The notes beneath the pieces were generated by a model that was not told where the DNA came from, ran no database searches, and saw only the letters and a program-made list of their open reading frames with translations. The translations under genes and the position numbers were made by a program. A stretch of 64,000 nt of DNA from Opitutales bacterium (GTDB taxonomy: Bacteria > Verrucomicrobiota > Verrucomicrobiia > Opitutales > JABSRG01): assembly GCA_049599475.1 (NCBI GenBank), contig JBMYOQ010000011.1, positions 1 to 64,000 of the forward strand, in the 5' to 3' direction. Positions 39,891 through 50,033 of this stretch are shown here, one piece after another (the stretch's first letter is position 1; each line of letters opens with the position of its first letter).

Positions 39891-41759
39891 TTAGGCGGTC
39901 TGCTTGTCTAGGATGCTCTCAATCTCATCCATGATAGAATCCATGCGACGAATCAGAGCACGGTAGGGAGCCTCTTTCGTCATATCTAAACCCGATTCCA
40001 TAAGGATTTCGTGAGGGTAATCTGAACCGCCCGCTTTGAGCACGTTTAAGAATTTCTCCAGGGCCGGTTCTCCATATTTCTTAATTTCCTCAGTATAGTA
40101 AGCTGCCGCTGAGATAGAGGTAGAGTACTGAAACACGTAAAAATCATAGTAGAAGTGAGGGATGTATGCCCACTCCACGCAGTATGCGTCGTCGATGGTC
40201 AGGACTCCTTGGTCGTGCCCGTGGTAGCGCTTGAGCAGATCACCGTAAATCTCAGTCAAGCGGTCTCCGGTGAGGGGTGCGCCCTTTTCGACTTCCTCGT
40301 GGATGGCCAATTCGAATTCCGCAAACATCGTCTGGCGGAAGAAGGTTCCTCTGAGCTGCTCCAGGGCAGTGCCTAGGTAGAAGAGGCGCTCTTGGTCATC
40401 CTTAGCATTTTCTAGGGAATAGTCCTGGAGCATGAGCTCGTTCACAATTGCCGCAATCTCGGCGATAAAAGTAGAGTATCCAGACTTCTCAAAGGGCTGA
40501 TTGTCCTTGGTCAAAATAGTGTGGAGTGCATGGCCCACTTCGTGAGCATAGGTGCTCATCGAGTTGTAATCATCGTTGTGGTTCAAGAGCATGTACGGGT
40601 CTGTATCGTATGCGGCGCCAGACATGTATGCTCCCGAACGTTTGCCCTTTTGTGGATACACGTGGGTGTGATCTGTTTGGGCATACGCTTTTAACTTTTT
40701 CCCATATTCTTCGCCCAGGTAGGTGAGGCTCGCGATGGTCGTATCGATCGAGCGATCGATGGTATAGACCTTATCGCTTTCAACTAAATCTGGATAGATA
40801 TCATAGTATTTCACCTCTTCAACGCCTAGCATGCGCCCGCGTAGTTTGAAGTAGCGGTGGAGTGTCGGTAGGCTCTCGTTGGTAACTTTGACTAGGGATC
40901 GATAAACGTCTTCAGGCAAATTGTCGTCGGACAGTGCCCAGTCCAAGACGTTGTCATATTTGCGCATTTGGGATTGAAATACGTTGGCTTGGACCTCGGA
41001 AAGAAGGACTTGACCCATCGTGTTTTTATACTCTCCAAGCTTTCCCCAGAAAGCGTCGAAAACGGCTTTGCGGTCCCCGCGATCCTCGGCTGCACGGTGT
41101 TTAGAGTATCCGGATTGGTTCAGGTAGACCTCCTCACCATCGGAAAGAGTGATCGTCGGCCAGGGTAGATCTGCATTTGCGAAAACGCTATAGATTTGGG
41201 ACGGCTGTCTCAGGAGTTTGCTGGTTGCTGCCATCACCTGCTCGGCATCCGGTGAGAGGGTGTGCGGAGCTTGTCGCAGAGTATTGCGCAGGCTGTGATC
41301 GAATGGGCTGAGGCCGGGGGCTTCCGCTATGAAGGCTTCAATCTTTTCGGCGCCCACACTGATGATCTCAGGGTCGATCCATGAGCTGGCTTGCTGCAGG
41401 TTTGAATATGTGGCGAGGACTCGCTGTTTGCGCGCCTGAGGTTCCGACTCAGCTATATTCTCGTCTGCGTTTAGCGAGGCGTAGACATAGACGTGAATCA
41501 GTTTACGGAAAAGCTTGGACTGCGTTTTGAGGGCTTCTTCCAGCTTCGCGGCGCTCTCACCAAGTTGGCCTTTGAATTTGGTTATCTCCGGAATGCCCGC
41601 CTGAACTTCATTTAATGCCGTCTCCCAGGCTTCGACGGTAGGGAAGAGATCGGTCAAATCCCAGACTGTGGATGTGTTCGTGCTGAGTGTTTCAGACTCC
41701 TTGGCGAAGATAAACAAGGGGGCTAAAACGGACAGGATAAGGAAGCGTGTGAGATGCAT
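39891..41759 (-). CDS. pepF: Oligoendopeptidase F (M3B), with signal peptide
   Basis: WDLTDLF, GKRSGAY, AHEVGHALH, FIAEIAA..NE, FFRQTMFAEFE, IPHFY. Confidence 0.92.
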   Translation of the reverse strand: MHLTRFLILSVLAPLFIFAKESETLSTNTSTVWDLTDLFPTVEAWETALNEVQAGIPEITKFKGQLGESAAKLEEALKTQSKLFRKLIHVYVYASLNADENIAESEPQARKQRVLATYSNLQQASSWIDPEIISVGAEKIEAFIAEAPGLSPFDHSLRNTLRQAPHTLSPDAEQVMAATSKLLRQPSQIYSVFANADLPWPTITLSDGEEVYLNQSGYSKHRAAEDRGDRKAVFDAFWGKLGEYKNTMGQVLLSEVQANVFQSQMRKYDNVLDWALSDDNLPEDVYRSLVKVTNESLPTLHRYFKLRGRMLGVEEVKYYDIYPDLVESDKVYTIDRSIDTTIASLTYLGEEYGKKLKAYAQTDHTHVYPQKGKRSGAYMSGAAYDTDPYMLLNHNDDYNSMSTYAHEVGHALHTILTKDNQPFEKSGYSTFIAEIAAIVNELMLQDYSLENAKDDQERLFYLGTALEQLRGTFFRQTMFAEFELAIHEEVEKGAPLTGDRLTEIYGDLLKRYHGHDQGVLTIDDAYCVEWAYIPHFYYDFYVFQYSTSISAAAYYTEEIKKYGEPALEKFLNVLKAGGSDYPHEILMESGLDMTKEAPYRALIRRMDSIMDEIESILDKQTA

Positions 41760-41833
41760 GTAGGTTGTATAACTTGGTTAAATTTTGGAAACGTCAAATT
41801 CTGGATACTGTAGGGGTAGAGCTAATTACGCTC

Positions 41834-43030
41834 CTATTGGAAACCATATTCCAGAATTTGTTCGGAATGTTGAATACTTACGTGATTCGACCCGTCAGTC
41901 CGCCCACTGGCTACAGTCTTGCCGATGATCTGGGCGTCGACTCCAAAGCTTTGAGCGGTCTCTATAATGCCTTTGGCTGCGCTTTCAGGACAATAGATCT
42001 CCAGGCGATGCCCCATGTTATAAACCTGATACATCTCTTGATCAGAGGTCCCACTCGCCTTTTGAATCGCGCTGAAGAGCGGTGGCGTGGGGAACAAATT
42101 GTCCTTTAGGTAATGGACACCGTTGCCGAACCGCAGACACTTGGTCTGACCACCGCCAGAGCAGTGTACCATGCCCTTGATTGCCTCGCGGTTATCCTGG
42201 AGTAGCTTTGACACGATGGGCGCGTAGGTGCGCGTAGGGCTCAAGAGGGCTTGACCGACGCTCAGTTCGCTGCCGGGAAGCGGGTCTTCCATGCGGTAAG
42301 GTCCACAGTAAAGGAGTGCCGGGTCTGTATTGGAATCCCAGGTCTCAGGATAGGTTTCCCGATAGTGACTGCAAAGCATGTCGTGGCGTGCGCTTGTAAG
42401 GCCATTTGAGCCAATTCCGCTGTTTTCCGCAGATTCGTAGTTAGCTTTTCCGAATGAGGCCAAGCCCACGATCGCAAGACCTGGCTCGATCTGATGATTA
42501 TCGATGATGTCGCTTCGATCCATCACGCACACCGCGCAAGAGTCTACAGTCACCGTGCCGGTGAGGTCGCCGACATCGGCAGTCTCTCCGCCACCGCTGG
42601 TAATGCCGACGCCTAGGTTGCGCATTTCGCTTAGGAATGACTCGTTGCCCTTGATCAGAGCGCCCAGGGCTTCGCCTGGAAAGTTGCGCGCATTTCGATT
42701 TACGGTGCTCGAGATCAAAATGTTTTTGATGGCGCCTGTGCAGATGAGATCGTCCAGATTCATCACGATGCTGTCCTGTGCTATGCCTGCGAATACGGAT
42801 GGGTCCCCAGTTTCGCGATAGTGGAGGTAGCCCAGAATCGACTTCGTGCCGGAGCCGTCGGCATGGATGATATTGGCTTTGGTCGGATCTCCAGTCAGGA
42901 CATCTGCCGTAATTTTGCAGAAGGCACCGGGGACGATTCCGCGGTCCATCTTGTCCACGACAGCGTGAACTTCGTTTTTCGATGAAGATACGCCTCGTCC
43001 TGCGTATCGGCTTCCTTCCTGGATTTGCAT
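41834..43030 (-). CDS. purM: AIR synthase-related protein (PurM-like)
   Basis: [56 protein letters not shown]. Confidence 0.75.
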   Translation of the reverse strand: MQIQEGSRYAGRGVSSSKNEVHAVVDKMDRGIVPGAFCKITADVLTGDPTKANIIHADGSGTKSILGYLHYRETGDPSVFAGIAQDSIVMNLDDLICTGAIKNILISSTVNRNARNFPGEALGALIKGNESFLSEMRNLGVGITSGGGETADVGDLTGTVTVDSCAVCVMDRSDIIDNHQIEPGLAIVGLASFGKANYESAENSGIGSNGLTSARHDMLCSHYRETYPETWDSNTDPALLYCGPYRMEDPLPGSELSVGQALLSPTRTYAPIVSKLLQDNREAIKGMVHCSGGGQTKCLRFGNGVHYLKDNLFPTPPLFSAIQKASGTSDQEMYQVYNMGHRLEIYCPESAAKGIIETAQSFGVDAQIIGKTVASGRTDGSNHVSIQHSEQILEYGFQ

Positions 43031-43172
43031 GCGCTTAGTTTTATTTGAATCGGATTAAGACGACAGCTAAGAGGGCTTGTCTGGAATCCGCAAAGCCTTT
43101 TTCGACATGCTAATGGATTCTTAAGTTCGGGCTCCAGCATGCGACTTACAGCTTGATAAATACCCATCAACT

Positions 43173-45653
43173 GTGAGTGAGGAACCTAAAGACGACGAAA
43201 ACGAAGTCCCAATCGAGACTGCGGAGAGCGAAGATGATGTAACGCTCTCTGAGGATGCGATTGACTCTATTGTCGGGGAGGCAGCTGATTCTGGAGAAAC
43301 TCGCGACCCTGAAGAGGTCACCGCAGACCAGGTGGATGCCCTCAAAGAAATGATGGGAACGGTCGGTCCTGCTGAGGAAGAATCAGAGTCTGAAACAGTG
43401 GATCCAGACGATATCGCTTCTATTCTGGAGCAGGCGGGTGACGAATCTTCTGATGAGTCTGAGGCTCCGACTGAGGAGGCTTCTACGCCGGCACCGGAAC
43501 CCGAAGAAGCCACAGCGGATCAAGTCGATGCACTGGCGGCTATGATGGGGAATTTCGGCAATGATAAATCGGAGGACTCACCCGAGGAAACATCTGAAGA
43601 GGCGGCAGCATCACCAGCATCAGAAGAAGTCGAAGAAGAGTCCGAAGCGACTGCAGAGTCGGAGCCAGAAACTCAGCCGGAGGCGGCCGCAGCAGATCCC
43701 GAGGAAGCGACAGCAGACCAAGTGGACGCCTTAGCGGCCATGATGGGAAATTTTGGTGCTGATAAGCCTGCACCCGAAACCGCATCGGAGGAAAACTCTG
43801 AGTCTGCGGATGAGCCCGAACCGGAGGCCGCAGTTCAGGACGCGGAAGAGAATACCGCCGCCGAACCGGAGGCCCCTGAAACTCCCGAAGCTGATCCAGA
43901 GCCGGAAGCGACTGCAGAGCCGGAAGCTGCAGCGGACGATTCACCCGTGGATGCGGATGATATTGCCTCGATACTCGCAGCGGAGAGTCCCGAAGTCGAA
44001 GAAGAGCCGGAGACCGAAGAAAAACCCGAGACCGAAGAAGCAAAGCCCGAGGCCAAGGTTGATCCCGGGAACGTCGCCAAAGAAGAAGGGATACTCACGC
44101 CAGATATCCTCGAAAATCTTATTTTGACACCCCCGGATGATAAGCCCGAATCCGATGGAAAAGCGGCGCCGGCCGCCAAGGTTTCCGACGAGGAGGCCTC
44201 TAAGATTTTGGGTGACGAGGAGATTGAAGACGCCGGGGATGACGAACAAATCTCGGCTGATGAGCTCGCTTCTCTGATGGACGCAGAGGCACCCGCAAAG
44301 GAAAAAGAGTCATCTGAGGCGGAGCCCGAAAAAGAGCCCGAGGCGGTTCCAGACGATGCCGCAAACATCGTAACGCCGGAGGACGACCTCGATGAGGAAG
44401 AAGAGCTCGCTGAGGAACCCTCTGAAGCGCCCAAGGAAGCCGAGGCACCCAAAGAACCGGAGCCCGAGGCCAAACCTAAGAAATCAAAGCTTCAATTGAA
44501 GTTCCCCGTATTTTCGAAGCTAGTCCGTCTGTTTAAGCCTTTGGGCTTTGTCGCTATGGTGTCCTCCATAGCAATGGTTTCAGCATTCATTGTCATTAAA
44601 ATCGCCGCTCCTAAATCAGGCGCAGACGCCGACGAACATATGTTGCGCCGGATCCCGGTGGTGGGTTCGGACTACACGATACGCGTTCAAGATATCCAGC
44701 CCTCGATCGATCTCGCGATCGAACCGTATCTGGACAACTTTACGATCAACCAAGGATGGATCCATGCCGTAGCGCACTCAGGAGATGACATTTCTGTGTC
44801 GGTCTCCCTCACTGCGACTACGAAACAGATACTCTACGAAATCGTCGACGACAGTGTCCTGCTCAACCGCTTGGTCTTGACTCCCAATCGTTTCAATATG
44901 CTCCGCAGAGAGCTGATGGATGACGAAAAAAGTGAAGTGCCGGCGCGTCCAGCAGCGCCCGCAGATCAATACATCCGAGAGCGTTTCCCTGAAGGATTCT
45001 CGACGCGGGCAGTTCTAAATTTTTATGGCAAGCCTGATGGCCGTGAATGGGTATTCACAGAACCGGACTGGCAGGTTGCTGATTATTCCGGGAAACTGCC
45101 GACCGGATTCATCAAAGATTTCCTCGGAGGCGAGGCCATGCACATCGATGATCCCAAAGTGGGATTTTGGGTGCAGGAGTATAATGAGGCAGCCCAGACC
45201 CTGCTAGACGCCGCCCAGTCGGGGACCGAAATTGCCAATTTGAATGCCCTGCAGAAACGTGTCGATAATCGCCTAACGCTCTTTTCTCCGTTCGAAGTAT
45301 TGTCTGGACGCATGTATACGCCCGACAATTTGGATCGGGGGGTCAGCTTCAACGCGATCATCACAGACGTCTACGAAGATGGATTTTTCGAAGGCTATTT
45401 CGAAATGAGGAATTTGGGTCTCGATCCGAAACGCTTCTCAGGGCGCGTTGCCCTCAGTCGGGGAGAGAATGGCTCTTTTGTGCAAACGGCGCATATCCGC
45501 ACATTCCGGGAATCGGGTCTGGAAAGTCGGGAAGATGGCTCGGTTCCGCGGATATTTGCTAAAGGATTCCAGGACAGCATTTCTCTGGTTTCCGAGCCGG
45601 GCTTCTTATCAGGTCGGCTCGACGATATGTATATCACCCTAGCTAAACCTTAG
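43173..45653 (+). CDS. Hypothetical single-pass membrane protein with a long acidic repeat-rich N-terminus
   Basis: ~440 aa E/D/A/P-rich region with repeated PEEATADQVDAL..MMG; TM LGFVAMVSSIAMVSAFIVI; globular C-terminus. Confidence 0.75.
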   Translation: MSEEPKDDENEVPIETAESEDDVTLSEDAIDSIVGEAADSGETRDPEEVTADQVDALKEMMGTVGPAEEESESETVDPDDIASILEQAGDESSDESEAPTEEASTPAPEPEEATADQVDALAAMMGNFGNDKSEDSPEETSEEAAASPASEEVEEESEATAESEPETQPEAAAADPEEATADQVDALAAMMGNFGADKPAPETASEENSESADEPEPEAAVQDAEENTAAEPEAPETPEADPEPEATAEPEAAADDSPVDADDIASILAAESPEVEEEPETEEKPETEEAKPEAKVDPGNVAKEEGILTPDILENLILTPPDDKPESDGKAAPAAKVSDEEASKILGDEEIEDAGDDEQISADELASLMDAEAPAKEKESSEAEPEKEPEAVPDDAANIVTPEDDLDEEEELAEEPSEAPKEAEAPKEPEPEAKPKKSKLQLKFPVFSKLVRLFKPLGFVAMVSSIAMVSAFIVIKIAAPKSGADADEHMLRRIPVVGSDYTIRVQDIQPSIDLAIEPYLDNFTINQGWIHAVAHSGDDISVSVSLTATTKQILYEIVDDSVLLNRLVLTPNRFNMLRRELMDDEKSEVPARPAAPADQYIRERFPEGFSTRAVLNFYGKPDGREWVFTEPDWQVADYSGKLPTGFIKDFLGGEAMHIDDPKVGFWVQEYNEAAQTLLDAAQSGTEIANLNALQKRVDNRLTLFSPFEVLSGRMYTPDNLDRGVSFNAIITDVYEDGFFEGYFEMRNLGLDPKRFSGRVALSRGENGSFVQTAHIRTFRESGLESREDGSVPRIFAKGFQDSISLVSEPGFLSGRLDDMYITLAKP

Positions 45654-45716
45654 GCTCCGTACATAAAAAAGACCTCAACCGAGTGGCGAGGCCTTGAGCG
45701 GGTATACTGTTGGAAA

Positions 45717-45875
45717 CTACTTCCCAGCTTCAGCGCGTGCTTTCGCAATTTTTGCTTCGAGGCGCTTTTGGCTGGCTTCAAAATTGATGAGCACCGCTGC
45801 TGCGACGACCGCGAGGGTGAGAGGGCCCATTAGAATGAAGAATCCGAGAAAATCGTTAAAGTGACCGTTGTTCAT
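45717..45875 (-). CDS. Small membrane peptide (52 aa)
   Basis: MNNGHFNDFLGFFILMGPLTLAVVAAAVLINF followed by a basic tail; ATG at 45875, downstream of murJ. Confidence 0.5.
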   Translation of the reverse strand: MNNGHFNDFLGFFILMGPLTLAVVAAAVLINFEASQKRLEAKIAKARAEAGK

Positions 45876-45922
45876 ATGTAGATAGCCAATGCTTGGTGTT
45901 AATAAAATCAAGACTTCTGTGT

Positions 45923-47506
45923 CTATTTTTGCGAGAGTGTTCCCAATTTTTCGCGCACAAGCCTCCAGGATTTGATGCAATCGGTCTGCTTGAAAATCAG
46001 CAGAGAGCCAAAATAGAGGACGACAGCGATCGGGATTCCCGCGGCAATTGTCGTGAACGAGGCCCATTTCCCCGGGGGCAAAAAGGCTGTGACTAGCTGG
46101 GCGATGCCTAAGCAGCTGAATCCCATAAGGAGGCTCGCTCCGAGTATCCGTGACCCTTCAAGAACGGGCTTAGACGCTTTCAAGGCCGATGTTACGTCGG
46201 GTAGTCGCATGAGGAGCAGCAGGCAACCCAGCTGTACCCATGCTGCTATCACATTACCTAAAGTGAGCCCGAGAGTGCCGCCAAGCTGCATGCCAATGAA
46301 GCACAATACGGCATTTACGACCAAGGTGAGCGCGGATACACGCAGTGTTTCCTTCATCTTCTTTTGCGCATGGAGCGCCCGTGTGACAAAGGAGATCCAA
46401 GCATAGGCCGGGATGGACAGGGCGTATAGCCCGACCACGGGCGCCGTGAGAGCGACCGATCGTTCATCAAACGCACCAAATTTGAAGAGACTGTCGACGA
46501 TCTCGACACGATACACAATCAGGCCGATGACACTCGGTATCGTGATTACTGCGATCCAGCGGAGTCCCTGAATGCAGATGCTTGCGAATTTCCCCGGTTC
46601 TTTACTGGAAACTGCTCGCGCCAAGTCGGGAAACAATACGGTGGAAATCGCGATTGCGAACACACCGAGCGGAAGCTCCATAAGCCGACTAGCTAGATAG
46701 AGGACCGATGCCGAGCTGTCGTCGATGGCGTTCGAAAGCGTCCGGGTGAGTAAAATATTTATCTGTAAAATAGAGCTACTCGCGAGCCCTGGAAGCAGCA
46801 GGGCCCACATGTTGTCGAGTTCGTCTGAGCGGCCCCAGTCCGTCTTTACACGCCAGCCGGAGCGATTTAAGCCCCAAAATACGGACCCAAACTGAATGAC
46901 TCCTCCCACGAGCACCGCGATGCACAGAGTTGCCACGCGTTGATACATACTGAGGTCCAAGAGGAAGCTGCCAATGCCCGCAGCGATAATAATGCTCAGA
47001 TTGAGCCAGATTGAGCTGAGGGAGCTCAGGCCGAAATGCCCCTTGAGATTGAGGGCTGCTATGAAGATCGCAGCGAGGCATATGAAAATCATGTAGGGCA
47101 TCAACCAACTCGCAAAATGGGCCCCAAGTACCCAGCGCTCCTCCCAGGGAGCCAGTTCGGCCAGCGCCCAGAAACCGATCGAGGAAACGATTGCCAGACC
47201 GACCAACCATGCAGCAAGCCGTGTTGTCACTTGGTTGAGGATCCGTGGAGTCGGTGCCTTTCGCGGGTTTTCCATATCCCCCAGAGAATCCGAAAGAATC
47301 GGCATGAGGGCCGAAGTCATAGCACCTTCGCCCAAAAGCCTTCGGAATAGATTGGGAAGCGTGAACGCCAATACGAAGGCAGAACTAAAGACGGAGGTGC
47401 CCAGCATGGCATAGATGAACACGTCCCTCAGCAACCCCAGGACGCGCGAAAGCATCGTAAGACCCGCAACGAGCCCTAAGTCCTTGAGTTTGTTCTTGTT
47501 GTCCAC
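45923..47506 (-). CDS. murJ: Lipid II flippase MurJ (MviN)
   Basis: TMLSRVLGLLRD, AFTLPNLFRRLLGEGA, ASRLMELPLGVF, many TMs; start likely GTG ~47506. Confidence 0.92.
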   Translation of the reverse strand: MDNKNKLKDLGLVAGLTMLSRVLGLLRDVFIYAMLGTSVFSSAFVLAFTLPNLFRRLLGEGAMTSALMPILSDSLGDMENPRKAPTPRILNQVTTRLAAWLVGLAIVSSIGFWALAELAPWEERWVLGAHFASWLMPYMIFICLAAIFIAALNLKGHFGLSSLSSIWLNLSIIIAAGIGSFLLDLSMYQRVATLCIAVLVGGVIQFGSVFWGLNRSGWRVKTDWGRSDELDNMWALLLPGLASSSILQINILLTRTLSNAIDDSSASVLYLASRLMELPLGVFAIAISTVLFPDLARAVSSKEPGKFASICIQGLRWIAVITIPSVIGLIVYRVEIVDSLFKFGAFDERSVALTAPVVGLYALSIPAYAWISFVTRALHAQKKMKETLRVSALTLVVNAVLCFIGMQLGGTLGLTLGNVIAAWVQLGCLLLLMRLPDVTSALKASKPVLEGSRILGASLLMGFSCLGIAQLVTAFLPPGKWASFTTIAAGIPIAVVLYFGSLLIFKQTDCIKSWRLVREKLGTLSQK

Positions 47507-47611
47507 TTTATAAAAAGCCAGCGTTTGATTTGCCCCTTGCCGAAAATTGGCAATAGCGGGCATCCTGTTTCCCATTCGCGACATATAGCAACGACAAACC
47601 CCAAGCTCACT

Positions 47612-48646
47612 ATGGCTCTTCTCGATAACTTGATGGATCGGCTCAGAAATCACCCCAAGCGGATTGTGTTTCCCGAAGGTGGAGATCCACGTATTCTTCA
47701 AGCCGCCCGTCAATTTGCTAAAAATAAACTCGGCGTTCCGATCCTCCTCGGGGATCGCTCGGACATTAAGGCGAAGGCTGCCCAGTTGGATATCAATCTG
47801 GAACACATCCGCATTATTGAGCCGGAGCGTAGTGACGAGATGGAACTGTTTGTTAAGAAATTCCAAGGACTGCGCCGCTTTGCAGGCTTGGCGGATAAAC
47901 AAGCTGAAGATTTCCTAAAAAATAATAATTACTTCGCGACAATGATGCTCGCGACGGGTCAGGCCTCGGCCTTGGTGTCGGGTGCCACGATGGCGGCTTC
48001 CAGTGCTTTGCGCCCGCTGCTGCAGATTATCCCGCTTCAGGAGGGGGTCGATACGATGTCCTCGGTGCAGGTGCTCGATTTGGAAGACAGCACGCTTGGA
48101 GTTGAAGGTGCGCTCTTTCTTGCGGACTGTGCGGTATTGCCTCAGCCAAACGAGAAGCAATTGGCCGACATAGGCCTGACCGCTGCAGGTATTTGTTATC
48201 ATATTACGAATGAGCACCCTCGGGTAGCGATGCTGGCATTTACCTCGAAGTCGAAGACAAGTAAGCTGGCCCCGATTCAGCGAATGAAGGCTGCTACCGA
48301 GCTCTGTCGCGAAAAAGCGAAGCAGATGATGTTTGATCTCGACGTGGATGGTGAGCTCCAAGTGGACGCTGCTCTCAATCCCCATGTTGCGGAAACAAAA
48401 GGCATTGTGAGCTCCGTTGCGGGCCATGCCAACGTATTGGTATTTCCAAGTCTGAATGCTGCGAATATTTCGCTTAAAATGATTCAGGCGATCGCGCGTT
48501 GTCGCTCTTACGGACCTATTTTGACAGGTCTCACGAAACCTGCTGCGGAAATCTCCCGTGGTGCAAGCGCACATGATATCTTTGGCACCGCAGTCATGGT
48601 CGGCGCTCAGGCGATCGATCAAAAACTCCTTCACCCCATGGCCTAA
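47612..48646 (+). CDS. pta: Phosphate acetyl/acyltransferase (catalytic PTA_PTB domain only)
   Basis: RIVFPEG.D.RIL, LADCAV, DGELQVDAAL, ANVLVFPSLNAANI, GPILTG. Confidence 0.85.
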   Translation: MALLDNLMDRLRNHPKRIVFPEGGDPRILQAARQFAKNKLGVPILLGDRSDIKAKAAQLDINLEHIRIIEPERSDEMELFVKKFQGLRRFAGLADKQAEDFLKNNNYFATMMLATGQASALVSGATMAASSALRPLLQIIPLQEGVDTMSSVQVLDLEDSTLGVEGALFLADCAVLPQPNEKQLADIGLTAAGICYHITNEHPRVAMLAFTSKSKTSKLAPIQRMKAATELCREKAKQMMFDLDVDGELQVDAALNPHVAETKGIVSSVAGHANVLVFPSLNAANISLKMIQAIARCRSYGPILTGLTKPAAEISRGASAHDIFGTAVMVGAQAIDQKLLHPMA

Positions 48647-48652
48647 ACGAAC

Positions 48653-49960
48653 ATGCCTTCTAAAAGCGAACGACGAAGACGGTCGAAACCTATCGACCAA
48701 CTGACCCGAGGTCCCTTCGAGAATGATAAATTCGAGGGATTGTTGAAGAATCCGCGCAACACGACTACTAAGCGCATATTCGTCGCCGCTACACGCATGA
48801 ACGACGGCAAGACGACCACCTGCTTGGGGCTATTTGCTGCACTGCAGGCGGCGAACCCGAAGGTAGGTTTTATCAAACCTGTCGGGCAACGTTTTGTCGA
48901 AATCGAAGGCTATAAAATCGATGAGGATTCGGTATTGTTCGATACCGTTTTCGATACCAAGACTCCGATTGAGGCGATGAGCCCAGTCGCTGTGGATGGC
49001 ACCTTTACGCGTCGCTATTTGCACGACCCGGAAGGCAATTACGATCTGATGATCGATCGCATCTGCCGTGGTTTCGACAGAGCCTCCTATCAGAAGGATT
49101 ATGTCATCATTGAAGGCACCGGACACGCCGGTGTCGGATCGGTGTTTGATTTCTCCAATGCTTCCGCAGCTAAGGTCCTCGGCGCCAAGGCCATTATCGT
49201 CTCGCAGGGCGGAGTGGGGCGTCCGGTGGACGAAATTGCTCTAAACAAAGCATTGTTTGACCAGGCGGGCGTCGAAGTTATCGGAGCCATTCTAAACAAA
49301 GTACTGCCCGAGAAAGTGGATATGATCCGCGAGTATGCTGAAATTGGCCTGCGCCGTCTAGGTGTTCCGCTGCTCGGCGTCATGCCGATGCAAAAGAAGC
49401 TCGGGGCTCCCAATCTTTCTCAAATCGTCGATGAAATCAGTGGGCGTTGGCTCAATGGTCGGGCCTCGGGGATGAACGAGCGCGTCTTGCGCGTAGTCAT
49501 CGGTGCCATGACGGCTAAGGGCATCGTGGATTATATTCAGCCGGGCGTCTTGATCATTACTCCTGGAGACCGCGAAGACATCATTCTTTCCGCCATTGCG
49601 ACATCGGGAATTGCTGGAGGCAAATGCCTGTCCGGTATCATTCTTACGCGTAATATTCTGCCGCATCCAAAACTGATGGATATGATCCAGCAGACGCAGA
49701 TTCCGGTGGTCATCAGTAATGAGGATTCTTACGCGGTCGCATCTAAGATCAATCAAATGACCGTCAAAACGATGCCGACGGACACGGATAAAATTCCAAT
49801 TATCCAGAAACTGATCAGCGAAAATGTGGATCTGGATATGATTCGAAAGGCTTTCGACGAGTCCACTGAGTCATCTGAAGCTGTCCAGCAACCTTACCTA
49901 CCTTACAACGAGGAAACGTCGAAGGCGCGGTCCAAATCAAAGCCTGAGGCGAAGGTATGA
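48653..49960 (+). CDS. BioD-like AAA + DRTGG domain protein (Pta N-terminal regulatory-like)
   Basis: NDGKTT, GFIKPVG, VIIEG, ILNKV, IITPGDREDI (DRTGG). Confidence 0.82.
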   Translation: MPSKSERRRRSKPIDQLTRGPFENDKFEGLLKNPRNTTTKRIFVAATRMNDGKTTTCLGLFAALQAANPKVGFIKPVGQRFVEIEGYKIDEDSVLFDTVFDTKTPIEAMSPVAVDGTFTRRYLHDPEGNYDLMIDRICRGFDRASYQKDYVIIEGTGHAGVGSVFDFSNASAAKVLGAKAIIVSQGGVGRPVDEIALNKALFDQAGVEVIGAILNKVLPEKVDMIREYAEIGLRRLGVPLLGVMPMQKKLGAPNLSQIVDEISGRWLNGRASGMNERVLRVVIGAMTAKGIVDYIQPGVLIITPGDREDIILSAIATSGIAGGKCLSGIILTRNILPHPKLMDMIQQTQIPVVISNEDSYAVASKINQMTVKTMPTDTDKIPIIQKLISENVDLDMIRKAFDESTESSEAVQQPYLPYNEETSKARSKSKPEAKV

Positions 49961-50033
49961 TTCCTGCAGTTGTGCTGCTTTATCATACTGAGCTCTTGCG
50001 CCCGGGGCGAATAGAGCTATTCTAGAAGATTCC

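Noticed and set aside
47507..47902. N-terminal extension of MurJ in the ORF track (likewise the extensions on creatininase 12784, leuA 62814, tesA 39141, cyclase 35424)
   Set aside because: The extensions overlap neighbouring genes or repeat DNA and precede the family-typical N-termini.
47915..48700. 261-aa antisense ORF, and the many other short ORFs overlapping called genes (e.g. 43835-44473, 37104-37730)
   Set aside because: Shadow frames of well-supported genes with no motifs of their own.
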